A DNA stretch of 64,000 nt from Halobacteriovoraceae bacterium (GTDB lineage Bacteria > Bdellovibrionota > Bacteriovoracia > Bacteriovoracales > Bacteriovoracaceae), in NCBI GenBank assembly GCA_963719505.1, contig CAVRCF010000003.1:128001-192000 (forward strand). The letters are read 5' to 3'. The notes under the pieces are model-generated. The model did not search any database and was not told where the DNA came from. It was given only the letters and a program-made list of their open reading frames with translations. This document shows, one piece after another, positions 38,914 to 48,004 of this stretch (within the stretch, counting starts at the first letter, position 1; every line of letters starts with the position of its first letter). A program made the translations under genes and the position numbers.

Positions 38914-40221
38914 ATGATCAAATTTTCCGTCATTCTTATTGCACTTTCGACCATTATTTATCTACAGGTAAAGCGAACAAATGAGCAGTCCATTGCCAGT
39001 TTATGTGAGCTGACAACAGATATTCGGCAATGTCCTGAAAATCTAGGAAGTCTTTTTCTTCCCCGAACATACTCTGCAAGGGCCATATATGTTGGCTTTT
39101 CTAGAGACCAAATTCATGTCGATTTCTTGTATTCCCTTATTGATGAGGTGTCTAAACTTGATGTGGCTCCCAAGGTAAATATTTTGATCCCCAGTCTAGA
39201 AGAATACGAAGCTCATAAAGTTTTAAAGAAGTACTTTGGCAAAGAGGATTATAGCTTTATCAATCTTATTCCGACAGCTTCAAAGGATGCTGTTTGGGCC
39301 CAAGACTATTTAGAAATTCTTTTTAATACCAAAACAGGACAAAGCGAGATCGTCGACTTGCCTTATTATGAAAGAGAAGGGGAGGACCTTCCTGCATCAG
39401 TAGCACTTGTGTGCCAAAAAGAGTTAAAACCTCAAGCTGAATTTACGACAGAATACAAGCCAGGAAGTGGAGATTATGGAGGAAATATAGAAGCTATTAC
39501 CACCAAGATTTTAACTGTAGGAACAAATCTCTCTGATGAAACATATAAGGTCCTAAAAAGCTTAACCTCACAGGAAATAACAGAACTTAATGTCGACTGG
39601 TTAGAGACAGGTCATGTGGATGAGTTAATTACAACACTTCCGTTTAAGAAAAATGCCGAGCCTTGTGAACAGGCCCTCCTTATCGCATCTCCAAAACTGG
39701 CATATGACACTATTGCTGCAACTCCTATAGATCTTAAAGAACAGAAAAATCCCAATAGCCCATTTTTTGATAATGAAGATGTGTGGGTTGATCATTTTCA
39801 CTGCCTCTTTAGGAAAAACTCCAAAAGATCAGATTGCTTAGAATTAGAAAAAGCAAATTTAGTGTACCAAAGTATTATTGATCAAGGTGTTGCAACTATT
39901 CAGACTCTTATTGAGAAACATCATGGATGTCGTCTCAAAGAAGAGAGATTCCCTCAACTCTTTGTCCCTTTAAAGTATAGAGATAAGTATGGAACTTTGG
40001 ACGATAGAGCAGTTTCTTTGAATCCAAATAGTGTTAATAATATTTTCTTCTTTCCCAATCTAATCTTGGCAAAGCAGTCTTTTGAACCTTTTCAAAAAAC
40101 AGTTGATAAGGTCTTACTCAACTTTCCTTTTAAAGCGATTTATATCGATGATAAGTTTGCCCACGAACTCAATGGTGGGATTCATTGTGCGACAAATATC
40201 TCCTATGGCTGTGCCCCGTAA
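38914..40221 (+). CDS. Protein-arginine deiminase (PAD) family catalytic-domain protein with signal anchor
   Basis: VWAQD, DYGGNIE, DWLETGHVDE, GGIHCATN: Asp/His-x-Asp/Cys catalytic set of PADs. Confidence 0.82.
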   Translation: MIKFSVILIALSTIIYLQVKRTNEQSIASLCELTTDIRQCPENLGSLFLPRTYSARAIYVGFSRDQIHVDFLYSLIDEVSKLDVAPKVNILIPSLEEYEAHKVLKKYFGKEDYSFINLIPTASKDAVWAQDYLEILFNTKTGQSEIVDLPYYEREGEDLPASVALVCQKELKPQAEFTTEYKPGSGDYGGNIEAITTKILTVGTNLSDETYKVLKSLTSQEITELNVDWLETGHVDELITTLPFKKNAEPCEQALLIASPKLAYDTIAATPIDLKEQKNPNSPFFDNEDVWVDHFHCLFRKNSKRSDCLELEKANLVYQSIIDQGVATIQTLIEKHHGCRLKEERFPQLFVPLKYRDKYGTLDDRAVSLNPNSVNNIFFFPNLILAKQSFEPFQKTVDKVLLNFPFKAIYIDDKFAHELNGGIHCATNISYGCAP

Positions 40222-40243
40222 TGAAGTCTAAGGGAAATGTTTT

Positions 40244-40272
40244 TTGACAATCTTTTTACGATATCGTAATTA
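40244..40272 (+). promoter_or_regulatory. Promoter with a perfect 14-bp palindrome TTACGATATCGTAA (40256-40269), likely PadR operator
   Basis: TTGACA at 40244, palindrome in the spacer/-10 region, GTG start at 40279 with no SD. Confidence 0.7.
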
Positions 40273-40278
40273 GTAATA

Positions 40279-40578
40279 GTGAAAATAAACGACTTCTTTT
40301 CAAGTTTCATCAAGATTCATATCCTTCACCACTGTGATAAGGAAGAGGTTTTTGGTTCGTGGATGATTCAAGAGCTCCAGGAACACGGTTACACCATTAG
40401 CCCTGGATCCCTCTATCCACTTTTTAAATCCCTTGAAAAAAAAGGCCTTTTATTGTCTCGAGTCGAGCAAGATGGAAAAACTAGAAGACGCCTTTATAAG
40501 ATTACGACAAAAGGAAGAAAAGAGCTCAAAGAAGCAAAAGTTAAACTGAGAGAACTCATTGGTGAGATTTTAGAATAG
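40279..40578 (+). CDS. PadR family transcriptional regulator
   Basis: IHILHH...FGSWMIQEL.EHGY.ISPGSLYP, RRLYKITTKG. Confidence 0.92.
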   Translation: MKINDFFSSFIKIHILHHCDKEEVFGSWMIQELQEHGYTISPGSLYPLFKSLEKKGLLLSRVEQDGKTRRRLYKITTKGRKELKEAKVKLRELIGEILE

Positions 40579-40599
40579 TATCACTATGAGAGGAACAAA

Positions 40600-41889
40600 A
40601 TGAAAAAGATTACGACTAAAGAACTTTTTAAAGTCTGGGGGCATGTAGCCGCTCATAGCTTTGGAGGACCAGCAGGGCAGATTGCTGTTATTCATAAACT
40701 TGTTGTTGAAGACAAAAAACTCATTTCAGAAGAAAGATTCTTACACGCTTTAAATTTTTGCATGTTACTTCCAGGTCCAGAGGCACAACAACTCGCGACT
40801 TATATGGGCTTTCTTATGAGTAAGTGGAAAGGCGGCCTCATCGCTGGTGGATTATTTATACTCCCGGGGTTTCTCTCCATCCTTGCTCTTTCGTATTTAT
40901 ACGTTCTTTTTAATGATGTCAGTATCGTTCAAGGCCTCTTCTATGGTATTAAGCCTGCTATTATTGCAATTGTTCTGGCAGCTCTTTATAAAATCTCTAA
41001 AAAATCTTTGAAGACATCTTTTCATTGGGTTTTAGCTAGTCTGGCTTTTATCTCGCTTTTCTTTTTAAACCTTCCTTTTCCTCTCGTTGTTATAAGCTCT
41101 GGTCTTCTTGGTATCATCTATGGAAAATTTGTGGCGAATCACGAGTTGAAAGATATTGAAGATCTTGAAAAGCCCTCCGCAAAGCAGACCATATTTACAG
41201 TCGTGGTTTGGGCAATTGTCTGGTTTGTACCAATCGTGCTTACTTTAATTATTATGGGGCCAAACTCGACACTGCATACGTTAAATCTATATTTTAGTAA
41301 AATGTCATTAGTGACTTTCGGTGGCGCCTATGCGGCTTTAAGTTACGTCGCCCAACAAGCGGTCGAAGTCTATGGTTGGCTGCAAGGGACTGAGATGTTG
41401 GATGGTTTGGCGCTTGCTGAAACAACTCCTGGTCCTCTTATTCAAGTCGTCCAATACGTCGGCTTTATGGGGGCTTATCGATTTCCAGATGCCATGAATC
41501 CTCTTTTTAGTGCCTTTATAGGGTCAGTGTTAACAACGTGGATGACTTTTGTTCCCTGCTTTCTCCTTATTTTTACTTTCGCGCCCTATATCGAATTTAT
41601 TAGAGGCCAAAAAATATTTTCTGATGCTCTCTCTGCTATTACGGCGTCAATCGTTGGTGTTATTTTTAATCTTTCTTTATGGTTCGTTTTAAAAGCACTC
41701 TTTCTTAGATCAAAAGAATTTGAAAATAGTCTCCTAGACTTTGAATATCCATTAATTTCATCAATTGATTTTTACGCTGTAGGTATTTGTTTAGTGGCGC
41801 TTATTATGCAGTTTAAGTTCAAAAACGGACTTTTTACAATTTTGGCCGTAAGCACCAGTTTGGGAATACTGGTTAAGGTATTAATCTAA
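40600..41889 (+). CDS. chrA: Chromate efflux transporter (CHR family)
   Basis: SFGGPAGQIA, LLPGPEAQQLA, TFGGAYA, ETTPGPLI. Confidence 0.93.
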   Translation: MKKITTKELFKVWGHVAAHSFGGPAGQIAVIHKLVVEDKKLISEERFLHALNFCMLLPGPEAQQLATYMGFLMSKWKGGLIAGGLFILPGFLSILALSYLYVLFNDVSIVQGLFYGIKPAIIAIVLAALYKISKKSLKTSFHWVLASLAFISLFFLNLPFPLVVISSGLLGIIYGKFVANHELKDIEDLEKPSAKQTIFTVVVWAIVWFVPIVLTLIIMGPNSTLHTLNLYFSKMSLVTFGGAYAALSYVAQQAVEVYGWLQGTEMLDGLALAETTPGPLIQVVQYVGFMGAYRFPDAMNPLFSAFIGSVLTTWMTFVPCFLLIFTFAPYIEFIRGQKIFSDALSAITASIVGVIFNLSLWFVLKALFLRSKEFENSLLDFEYPLISSIDFYAVGICLVALIMQFKFKNGLFTILAVSTSLGILVKVLI

Positions 41890-42029
41890 TATTCTGGCTT
41901 TATTTTATCGACAAAAAATGAGCATAGAGTCATTTGTGAAGAATTGTAAAAATATCTATATATAGGCTTATTAGCATCAACATGTAATGACACTCTTTAA
42001 AAGCTATCATTTAGCTAAAGGAGGGTGTT

Positions 42030-42266
42030 ATGAACATCGAAAAATTAGTTAGTCAGCCATCACAAAACTATGAAGTTCCAGATCAAATTTTAGTAGATAG
42101 CCACCTAGAAATTGATCAAAAAATTAAGGCTTTGGAAAATTGGAAGCAGCAGTGCTCTCATTTGCAAGAAAGCTCGGGTGAGGGGATGGAAAACGGATCG
42201 GAGAATCAATTGCAAGCTGTGTCAAAAGCTCTCATTGAAGCTCGAGAAATAAAAAAGAGTAGATAA
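42030..42266 (+). CDS. Small hypothetical protein
   Basis: GGAGG RBS; P..Y..P..IL.D..L....K..AL..W pattern. Confidence 0.65.
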   Translation: MNIEKLVSQPSQNYEVPDQILVDSHLEIDQKIKALENWKQQCSHLQESSGEGMENGSENQLQAVSKALIEAREIKKSR

Positions 42267-42372
42267 CTCTTTTTCTAAAATTGAAAAATGCCACTGCATT
42301 CACTTCTTGAATGTTTCCAGTGGTGTAGTAAACTATCTTCACTTAACTCAATAAACAAAGGTAAATTTAAAG

Positions 42373-44724
42373 ATGAAGATTGATAAAAAAGGACTACCTC
42401 CGGCTCTGAAAACTTTAGTCAATAGAACAGTCGCCATTTTAGGTGATGTCATCAAAGAGGAAGGCGGGGAACAAATTTTTAAAACTGTCGATTCGATAAG
42501 AAAAGAGATGGTGAAGTACAGGTCTTCACCCAATACTCAAAAAGATAAACTCCTTCAAAGTCTTTACACCCGACTTGAAAAAGAGCCAAAAGAAAATAAG
42601 CATAAGATTGCTCACTCTTACACGTTAATGTTGGAGCTTATCAATGTTTGTGAAGCAGCTTTTCGAACCTACAAGCTAAGATCACAAGAAGAGCCATTAT
42701 CTGGTTTTTCAAAACAATCCAGTACGATGGTTTATGTTTTAACCGCTCATCCAACGGAAGCCAGAACACCAGAGAACATTGAACTCTTCTCTAGGATTCA
42801 GAAGATACTTGTGGATATTTTAGAAAAAACGGCAGAACAAGACTATTTAGAGTCAATTATAAAACACAACTTAAAGATGGCTTGGTTACTTCCCGTAACG
42901 AAACATCAAAAACCTGAAGTTCTCGATGAGGCAAAGCACCTTTTTTCAATCGTTTTTAGAACTGATATTTTTGATACGCTTTTGAGGGCCGACAGAGATT
43001 TAGGAAAAATAAGAGTTCGAACTTGGGTTGGTGGCGATAAAGATGGTCATCCTGGAGTGGATGAAAAAGTAATGTTAAAATGTTTACAGGCTTCGAGAGA
43101 CTACTTTATAAAAGCTTTGGATAGCATAATAGGTAAGTTGAGGGAAGATGTTGACATGCTTGGGAATAAGCAACTAAGTCAAACTGCTCACGATCTGCCA
43201 AAGGTTTTAAAAACAATAGCAAAGATTAAACCAGCAGATTCGCAAAAGCTCTCATCACTACATCATCAATTAAATGACCTCAGCTTAGCATATGAGAAGA
43301 TCGTAGGAGCAAAGAGTCCAAGACTTTTAAAGTTAGACGCCATCTTTAATATGTTTCCAGGTCTCGTTATTCCAATTGAGATAAGAGAAGATAGCGAGGT
43401 TATCGCAGAAGCTCTAAAATCAAGTAAACCACTGGCCATTGAAAGAATGCTTGTGTCTCTGTCTCAAATTGCAAAAGGAAAAGCAATCCGTCACTATGCT
43501 CAAGGTCTTATTATAAGCATGTGTCACTCTTATAACGATATAGAGAATACAATAGAGCTAAGCAAAAAGACTATTGGAGACCTTCGTATCCCTGTTATTC
43601 CTCTTTTTGAAACATCACAAGCTTTAGAAGACTCTTCGGACATCGTCTCTCGTCTTTTAAAAAATAAAGAATACATTCGCAATGTAAAAAAGAGTTGGGA
43701 TAACAAATTAGAGGTCATGCTGGGGTATTCAGATTCCTCTAAAGGAATGGGGGTTCTGCCAAGTAGAATCGCAATTGCAAAGACTATGAGAGGACTTGAT
43801 GAGCTCATTAGTAAAAATGGGCTAACTCCTGTTTTCTTTCACGGCTCAGGGGGATCTGTTGATAGAGGTGGTGGAAGCATTAAAGAGCAAACAGCTTGGT
43901 GGCCAAAGTCAGCTCTGAGTTTATATAAGGCCACAATACAAGGTGAGATGGTTGAACGAACCTTTACCTCATCAGAGGTAACTCTCTCCGGTATCGATAA
44001 GGTTATGACTAACTTTAAAAAAGCGAAGTCGAAAAAAGGATTAATTAAAGTTAATAGAAGTGTAGAAATCTTTGCAGAGGAAGTCGCAAAAAACTACAAA
44101 AAGAAAATAGCAGAAGAAAAGTTTTTTGAGATGGTTGGGGCTGCAACACCTTACTCGTATCTCAATGTTTTAAAACTTGGATCAAGACCAACGAAAAGAG
44201 CATCTGAGAAAACTCAAACTCTAGACTTTAATTCCATAAGAGCAATTCCTTGGATATTGTGCTGGACTCAAACGAGAATACTTTTTCCATCGTGGTGGGG
44301 TGTCGGGAGTGCATGGTCTCAAATTAAAGATGACGACAAAAAGTCTAGTGCACTCAAGAAATCCTATGAAACAAGTAATCTCTTTGCTTCTTATGTGAGA
44401 ACTCTGGGGTTTACTTTGAGTAAGGTCGACCTTTCAATTTTCAAACTCTATCTGTCAAAGAGTAGGCTCTCTAAAGTTGAGCAAGAAAATGTCTTCGAGG
44501 AATTTAAGGTCGAGTACTTATTAGTTGAAAAGTTTTTAAAATCAATAACGGGTCATAAAAACCTTCTTTGGGATAAACCTTGGCTTGCCGATTCAATAAA
44601 ACTAAGGTCTTCAATGATTCATCCATTGAATGTGCTACAAATTCAGGGAAATAATGATTCTGATGAAAGTCTGGTGCGTAAAACAGTCGCGGGTATATCT
44701 TCAGGAATGATGACAACAGGTTGA
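42373..44724 (+). CDS. ppc: Phosphoenolpyruvate carboxylase, short and divergent
   Basis: VLTAHPTEA, WVGGDKDGHP, IPLFET, VMLGYSDSSK, FHGSGGSVDRGG, QGE, LGSRP, RAIPW, C-terminal GMMTTG. Confidence 0.9.
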   Translation: MKIDKKGLPPALKTLVNRTVAILGDVIKEEGGEQIFKTVDSIRKEMVKYRSSPNTQKDKLLQSLYTRLEKEPKENKHKIAHSYTLMLELINVCEAAFRTYKLRSQEEPLSGFSKQSSTMVYVLTAHPTEARTPENIELFSRIQKILVDILEKTAEQDYLESIIKHNLKMAWLLPVTKHQKPEVLDEAKHLFSIVFRTDIFDTLLRADRDLGKIRVRTWVGGDKDGHPGVDEKVMLKCLQASRDYFIKALDSIIGKLREDVDMLGNKQLSQTAHDLPKVLKTIAKIKPADSQKLSSLHHQLNDLSLAYEKIVGAKSPRLLKLDAIFNMFPGLVIPIEIREDSEVIAEALKSSKPLAIERMLVSLSQIAKGKAIRHYAQGLIISMCHSYNDIENTIELSKKTIGDLRIPVIPLFETSQALEDSSDIVSRLLKNKEYIRNVKKSWDNKLEVMLGYSDSSKGMGVLPSRIAIAKTMRGLDELISKNGLTPVFFHGSGGSVDRGGGSIKEQTAWWPKSALSLYKATIQGEMVERTFTSSEVTLSGIDKVMTNFKKAKSKKGLIKVNRSVEIFAEEVAKNYKKKIAEEKFFEMVGAATPYSYLNVLKLGSRPTKRASEKTQTLDFNSIRAIPWILCWTQTRILFPSWWGVGSAWSQIKDDDKKSSALKKSYETSNLFASYVRTLGFTLSKVDLSIFKLYLSKSRLSKVEQENVFEEFKVEYLLVEKFLKSITGHKNLLWDKPWLADSIKLRSSMIHPLNVLQIQGNNDSDESLVRKTVAGISSGMMTTG

Positions 44725-44783
44725 TCCGATATCTTTTAAGCGAAAAGTCTATTGAGAGAGAATATATTTTACTTTATTTAGAG

Positions 44784-44816
44784 GGAGGATTGGATCTGTA
44801 AAAAAGATCCCCCTCC
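44784..44816. terminator. Hairpin between convergent ppc and the hairpin-module operon
   Basis: GGAGG..GGATCT/AGATCC..CCTCC bulged stem. Confidence 0.45.
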
Positions 44817-44846
44817 AGCTCTAACTTTTCTTTTACACGAAAAAAG

Positions 44847-45077
44847 CTAATCTTCTTTTAAACCTATTTTATCATCAACATAGATGACTTTCTTTTTTAC
44901 CTTGTAGCGAAATTCATATGAAGGTCGAAAGCGTATTCTTGCGAGCCCTGGGATCGACAAACTGGCTGAACCTCTCTCCCTATAGTCTATTTGTTTTAGG
45001 TAAAACCCTTTCTTAGGAGGCTCATCTTTTGCGTATGAAGAAGTTAAACAAATTAAAATGACTAGTATTGCTTTCAT
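44847..45077 (-). CDS. Small secreted protein with one beta-hairpin module
   Basis: Signal peptide MKAILVILICLTSSYA; GFYLKQI...YEFRYK module shared with neighbours. Confidence 0.7.
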   Translation of the reverse strand: MKAILVILICLTSSYAKDEPPKKGFYLKQIDYRERGSASLSIPGLARIRFRPSYEFRYKVKKKVIYVDDKIGLKED

Positions 45078-45079
45078 AT

Positions 45080-46162
45080 TTACCTTTTGTAATGAAACTC
45101 TAAGGTCGAGGACTTCTCAACAGTTAAAACTTTAAATCCGACACCTTTATCAAGAGAGTACTTCACTCTTATTTGATGAAGGCTCAATTCTGAATTTGTA
45201 TCCGTGTAGGACTTATTATCAAAATAATGAATGATGGCTTCATTAAAGGTTCTAATGGGGTAGTAAATCTTACTTAAACTGTTAAAGTTGAGCCCAGGGA
45301 TATCAAGTCTTATATCATCTATAGCTTTCTTGTATTCAATTTGAACCCCTTTCGTAAAAGAAGAGCTAAATACAGCGAGGTCAAGACCTGCTGTTAAGGA
45401 ATGGATGGCGAAGACTCTTTCGAGACTAAATTGCTGAAAAAGATTATTACGAGCTGATAGGGCATTAAAGTTTTCCATCATTTTTTTTAATCGTTTTTGT
45501 CCAGAAGTTAGATGGTCCCCATGAGAGAGGATATATGGTCTATTTTTTACTTTAAATCTAAATCGAACTCTTTTACTTTTGCCTAAAGAGACAGCTCCTA
45601 GCGACACGCCAGTGTTGAAGGAATAATTTTTGAAAAAACCGCCCACATACCAATTTCCAATCCTTGGCATGAGAACAAGGTTACGAATTAAAAGAGATAT
45701 TTTTTGAGCATCAGAGCGCAGCACCTTAATGATTTTATTTCTTTTCCTTTTTTTTATCTTTTGGAAGTTAAGAAAATTATCTAACTCTTTATAGAGGTGA
45801 GAGTAGACTTGCTCTTGCGTCATGAGGTCAACTTCAGCATCAACTTGTTCCAAAGTAGGCTCTTCTTCGTTTATGTCATCTCCAGGGAGCCCTTCTGGTA
45901 GGTTTTTTTGCCAGACAAATTCAGCAGCGGCACCTCCAGAGAAAGAGAGTAAGCCCACATCTCCTGAAGCAGTTACTCCAACCTGCATATCAAAACGTTC
46001 TAATTCAACTTTCTCGCTGAAGAATTTAGAGAGTGAGTTTGATATTATTTTCCCGTGTGTATCGGCAACACTTCCAATTCTGTTGACGAGCATAGAGTCT
46101 CGAAAGTTATTGCTGGCCAAAGTAGTTATGGAATATAAAAGGATGAAGATGAATTTATTCAT
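45080..46162 (-). CDS. Secreted protein with four helix plus beta-hairpin modules
   Basis: Signal peptide; four ungapped 35-aa repeats ending EFVWQK, RFRFK, QIEYK, EFHYKR. Confidence 0.75.
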   Translation of the reverse strand: MNKFIFILLYSITTLASNNFRDSMLVNRIGSVADTHGKIISNSLSKFFSEKVELERFDMQVGVTASGDVGLLSFSGGAAAEFVWQKNLPEGLPGDDINEEEPTLEQVDAEVDLMTQEQVYSHLYKELDNFLNFQKIKKRKRNKIIKVLRSDAQKISLLIRNLVLMPRIGNWYVGGFFKNYSFNTGVSLGAVSLGKSKRVRFRFKVKNRPYILSHGDHLTSGQKRLKKMMENFNALSARNNLFQQFSLERVFAIHSLTAGLDLAVFSSSFTKGVQIEYKKAIDDIRLDIPGLNFNSLSKIYYPIRTFNEAIIHYFDNKSYTDTNSELSLHQIRVKYSLDKGVGFKVLTVEKSSTLEFHYKR

Positions 46163-46490
46163 AAGACTTTACCTTTAAATGATATTCTACCGCAGAGCTC
46201 GAAGATAGATTCCAACTAAAAAAGCCAACTCTGACATCGGTACTCATCCCTATAACTAAATAATCAAGATCAAAGTCTTTAGAGGGTCTTTTAAATTGTT
46301 TCTTCCTTAAAGCTCTCTTTAAAGAATTATTTAAAAAAGAGCTATAACGTTTTTCACTGATGTTTATTTTTTTAATGTTGTTTTGCTGAGACTTGGTATT
46401 TTCATGGAGCACCAGTATGGAAATTTCCTCGGCAAAGACAACTGCTGGTTGGAAAAATGATAATAGTGTCAATAATAGTAAAAGCTTCAT
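46155..46490 (-). CDS. Small secreted protein with one helix plus beta-hairpin module
   Basis: Signal peptide, GGAG RBS, DFDLDYL...VEYHLK module; 8-bp overlap with the next gene. Confidence 0.72.
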   Translation of the reverse strand: MKLLLLLTLLSFFQPAVVFAEEISILVLHENTKSQQNNIKKINISEKRYSSFLNNSLKRALRKKQFKRPSKDFDLDYLVIGMSTDVRVGFFSWNLSSSSAVEYHLKVKSYE

Positions 46491-46505
46491 ATCTACTCCA
46501 CGGAT

Positions 46506-46540
46506 AAAAAGCAGTGAAGGCTTTATTCTCCTTCACTGCT
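46506..46540 (-). terminator. Rho-independent terminator after the COG4337-like gene
   Basis: AGCAGTGAAGG-N9-CCTTCACTGCT perfect 11-bp stem with U-run on the minus strand. Confidence 0.8.
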
Positions 46541-46551
46541 GTTAAATTCTT

Positions 46552-47076
46552 TTAGCCACCGTATGGAAGCGAAGAGTCTTGAATCGTGATTTTGATGTCA
46601 TTACCTCTTTTGATAAAACCTAAAGTGTATTCCACTTTAATTTCATTACCGTCAAGTTTAGTGAAATAGTAGTGGCCCATAGCAATAGCTTTCATTCCAT
46701 AAGTTATGATATTATGGTTATCAAAACGGACATTTGTATAGGGTGCAATTGCAAAACCGTTGTCTTCAGGAAACTTTGTATTCCCACCAACAAAATATGA
46801 AAGAGCCCCTTCTACACTTGGTCTAAATGGGATTTGAGCTGCAAGAGTTGGTTTAAAAAGAACAACCCCATCGTTGTAGTCATAGAGATCAAGAATATGA
46901 TCTAAAGCTTCTTGTTTGTAATCACCCTTACTCATGAAGACATCGCCAATTCTTACGATACCAGCACCCCACTTTTCTTGTGTTTGCTTTACTTCATCAA
47001 TTGTTATTCCATATTGAGCAAAACAAGTAGCACTAAACATAAGTGTTAGTGAAAGAACTAAGTTTTTAAATTTCAT
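46552..47076 (-). CDS. Secreted COG4337-like (NTF2-fold, iota-type carbonic anhydrase-like) protein
   Basis: Signal peptide; VLFKPTLA, GALSYFVGG..FPEDNGFA, AMGHYYFT, VEYTLG; terminal QDSSLPY where the family normally has HHSSLPY. Confidence 0.7.
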   Translation of the reverse strand: MKFKNLVLSLTLMFSATCFAQYGITIDEVKQTQEKWGAGIVRIGDVFMSKGDYKQEALDHILDLYDYNDGVVLFKPTLAAQIPFRPSVEGALSYFVGGNTKFPEDNGFAIAPYTNVRFDNHNIITYGMKAIAMGHYYFTKLDGNEIKVEYTLGFIKRGNDIKITIQDSSLPYGG

Positions 47077-47161
47077 AATTTCTCCTTGAGAGTGTTAATG
47101 TTGCAGAAGAAACATATTCTGGATGGAAAAATAATGAAATTACAATAAAGCATAAAAATTG

Positions 47162-47176
47162 ATCGATTTAATCGAT
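47162..47176. promoter_or_regulatory. Palindrome ATCGATT-T-AATCGAT with T-N11-A; candidate LysR-type site
   Basis: Perfect arms about 90 bp upstream of the COG4337-like gene. Confidence 0.45.
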
Positions 47177-47491
47177 TTATACCTTTATCTATTTGAAAAT
47201 TAGGAATAGAAATTGTCTTCGTATATATTATCGCCAGGTAAATCTAATTGATGTCGAAGAATTTTTGCGCGGAAGGATCTTGTCAGCGGTTGAAGGTAGA
47301 CAGCATGGATTGGTTTATCGGAGTAAATAAATTTCTATTCTCGCTTAAATATCTACTTATAAGTGATGTTTACGCACATAGCCTTAAAAAAATATCACAT
47401 TTATCTCCTTTATCTATCAAAATTCGTTCCTGTCCAGATGTAAAAACGTCTTTGTAGTGGCACAATTATTCAAAAACGAGGAGAGCGTCAT

Positions 47492-48004
47492 ATGCCGTTT
47501 TGGATGATTGTTGTAGAGTGGTCAGCACGACTTATTTTATTAATTTTGATTGGACTATCAATATGGTCGGTAGCGATAATATTAGACAGAAAAAAATACT
47601 TAAAATCTTTTGATCTTGAAAAAGAATTTCTAGATATAGAGAGACAAGCTCATAAGCTTTCAAAAGAAAATATTCAGATTGGTCTTACGAGGCACTTTTA
47701 TCAGCTTCAGATTCGATTACAAAAAGGATTAGGTGTTCTTGGAACCTTGGGGTCCACGACTCCGTTTATTGGATTGCTTGGAACTATCCTTGGTATCATT
47801 GTCGCTTTTGGTGAGTTGTCTTCCGGTAGCGGAGGAACAAATGCCATAATGTTTGCCCTAGCGGAAGCATTAATTCTAACGGCTGTGGGTTTGTTTGTCG
47901 CTATCCCAGCTGTTATAGCTTTTAATATCTTCTCTAAAAAATCGAAACATCTTATCTCTGATCTTCAAAGTAGACTTGATGAGTTTGTGGCAAGGGAGAA
48001 ATAG
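47492..48004 (+). CDS. exbB: MotA/TolQ/ExbB proton channel
   Basis: LGTLGSTTPFIGLLGTILGI, AEALILTAVGLFVAIPA; short cytoplasmic loop. Confidence 0.88.
   Translation: MPFWMIVVEWSARLILLILIGLSIWSVAIILDRKKYLKSFDLEKEFLDIERQAHKLSKENIQIGLTRHFYQLQIRLQKGLGVLGTLGSTTPFIGLLGTILGIIVAFGELSSGSGGTNAIMFALAEALILTAVGLFVAIPAVIAFNIFSKKSKHLISDLQSRLDEFVAREK

Noticed and set aside
47248-47457. 69-aa ORF or riboswitch upstream of the TonB operon
   Set aside because: No RBS or protein motif; no cobalamin, TPP or c-di-GMP consensus visible by eye (an Rfam cmscan would settle it)
47458-47472. Sigma-54 promoter TGGCAC-N5-TTCA before exbB
   Set aside because: Lacks the -12 GC, and the implied start would fall within or after the RBS
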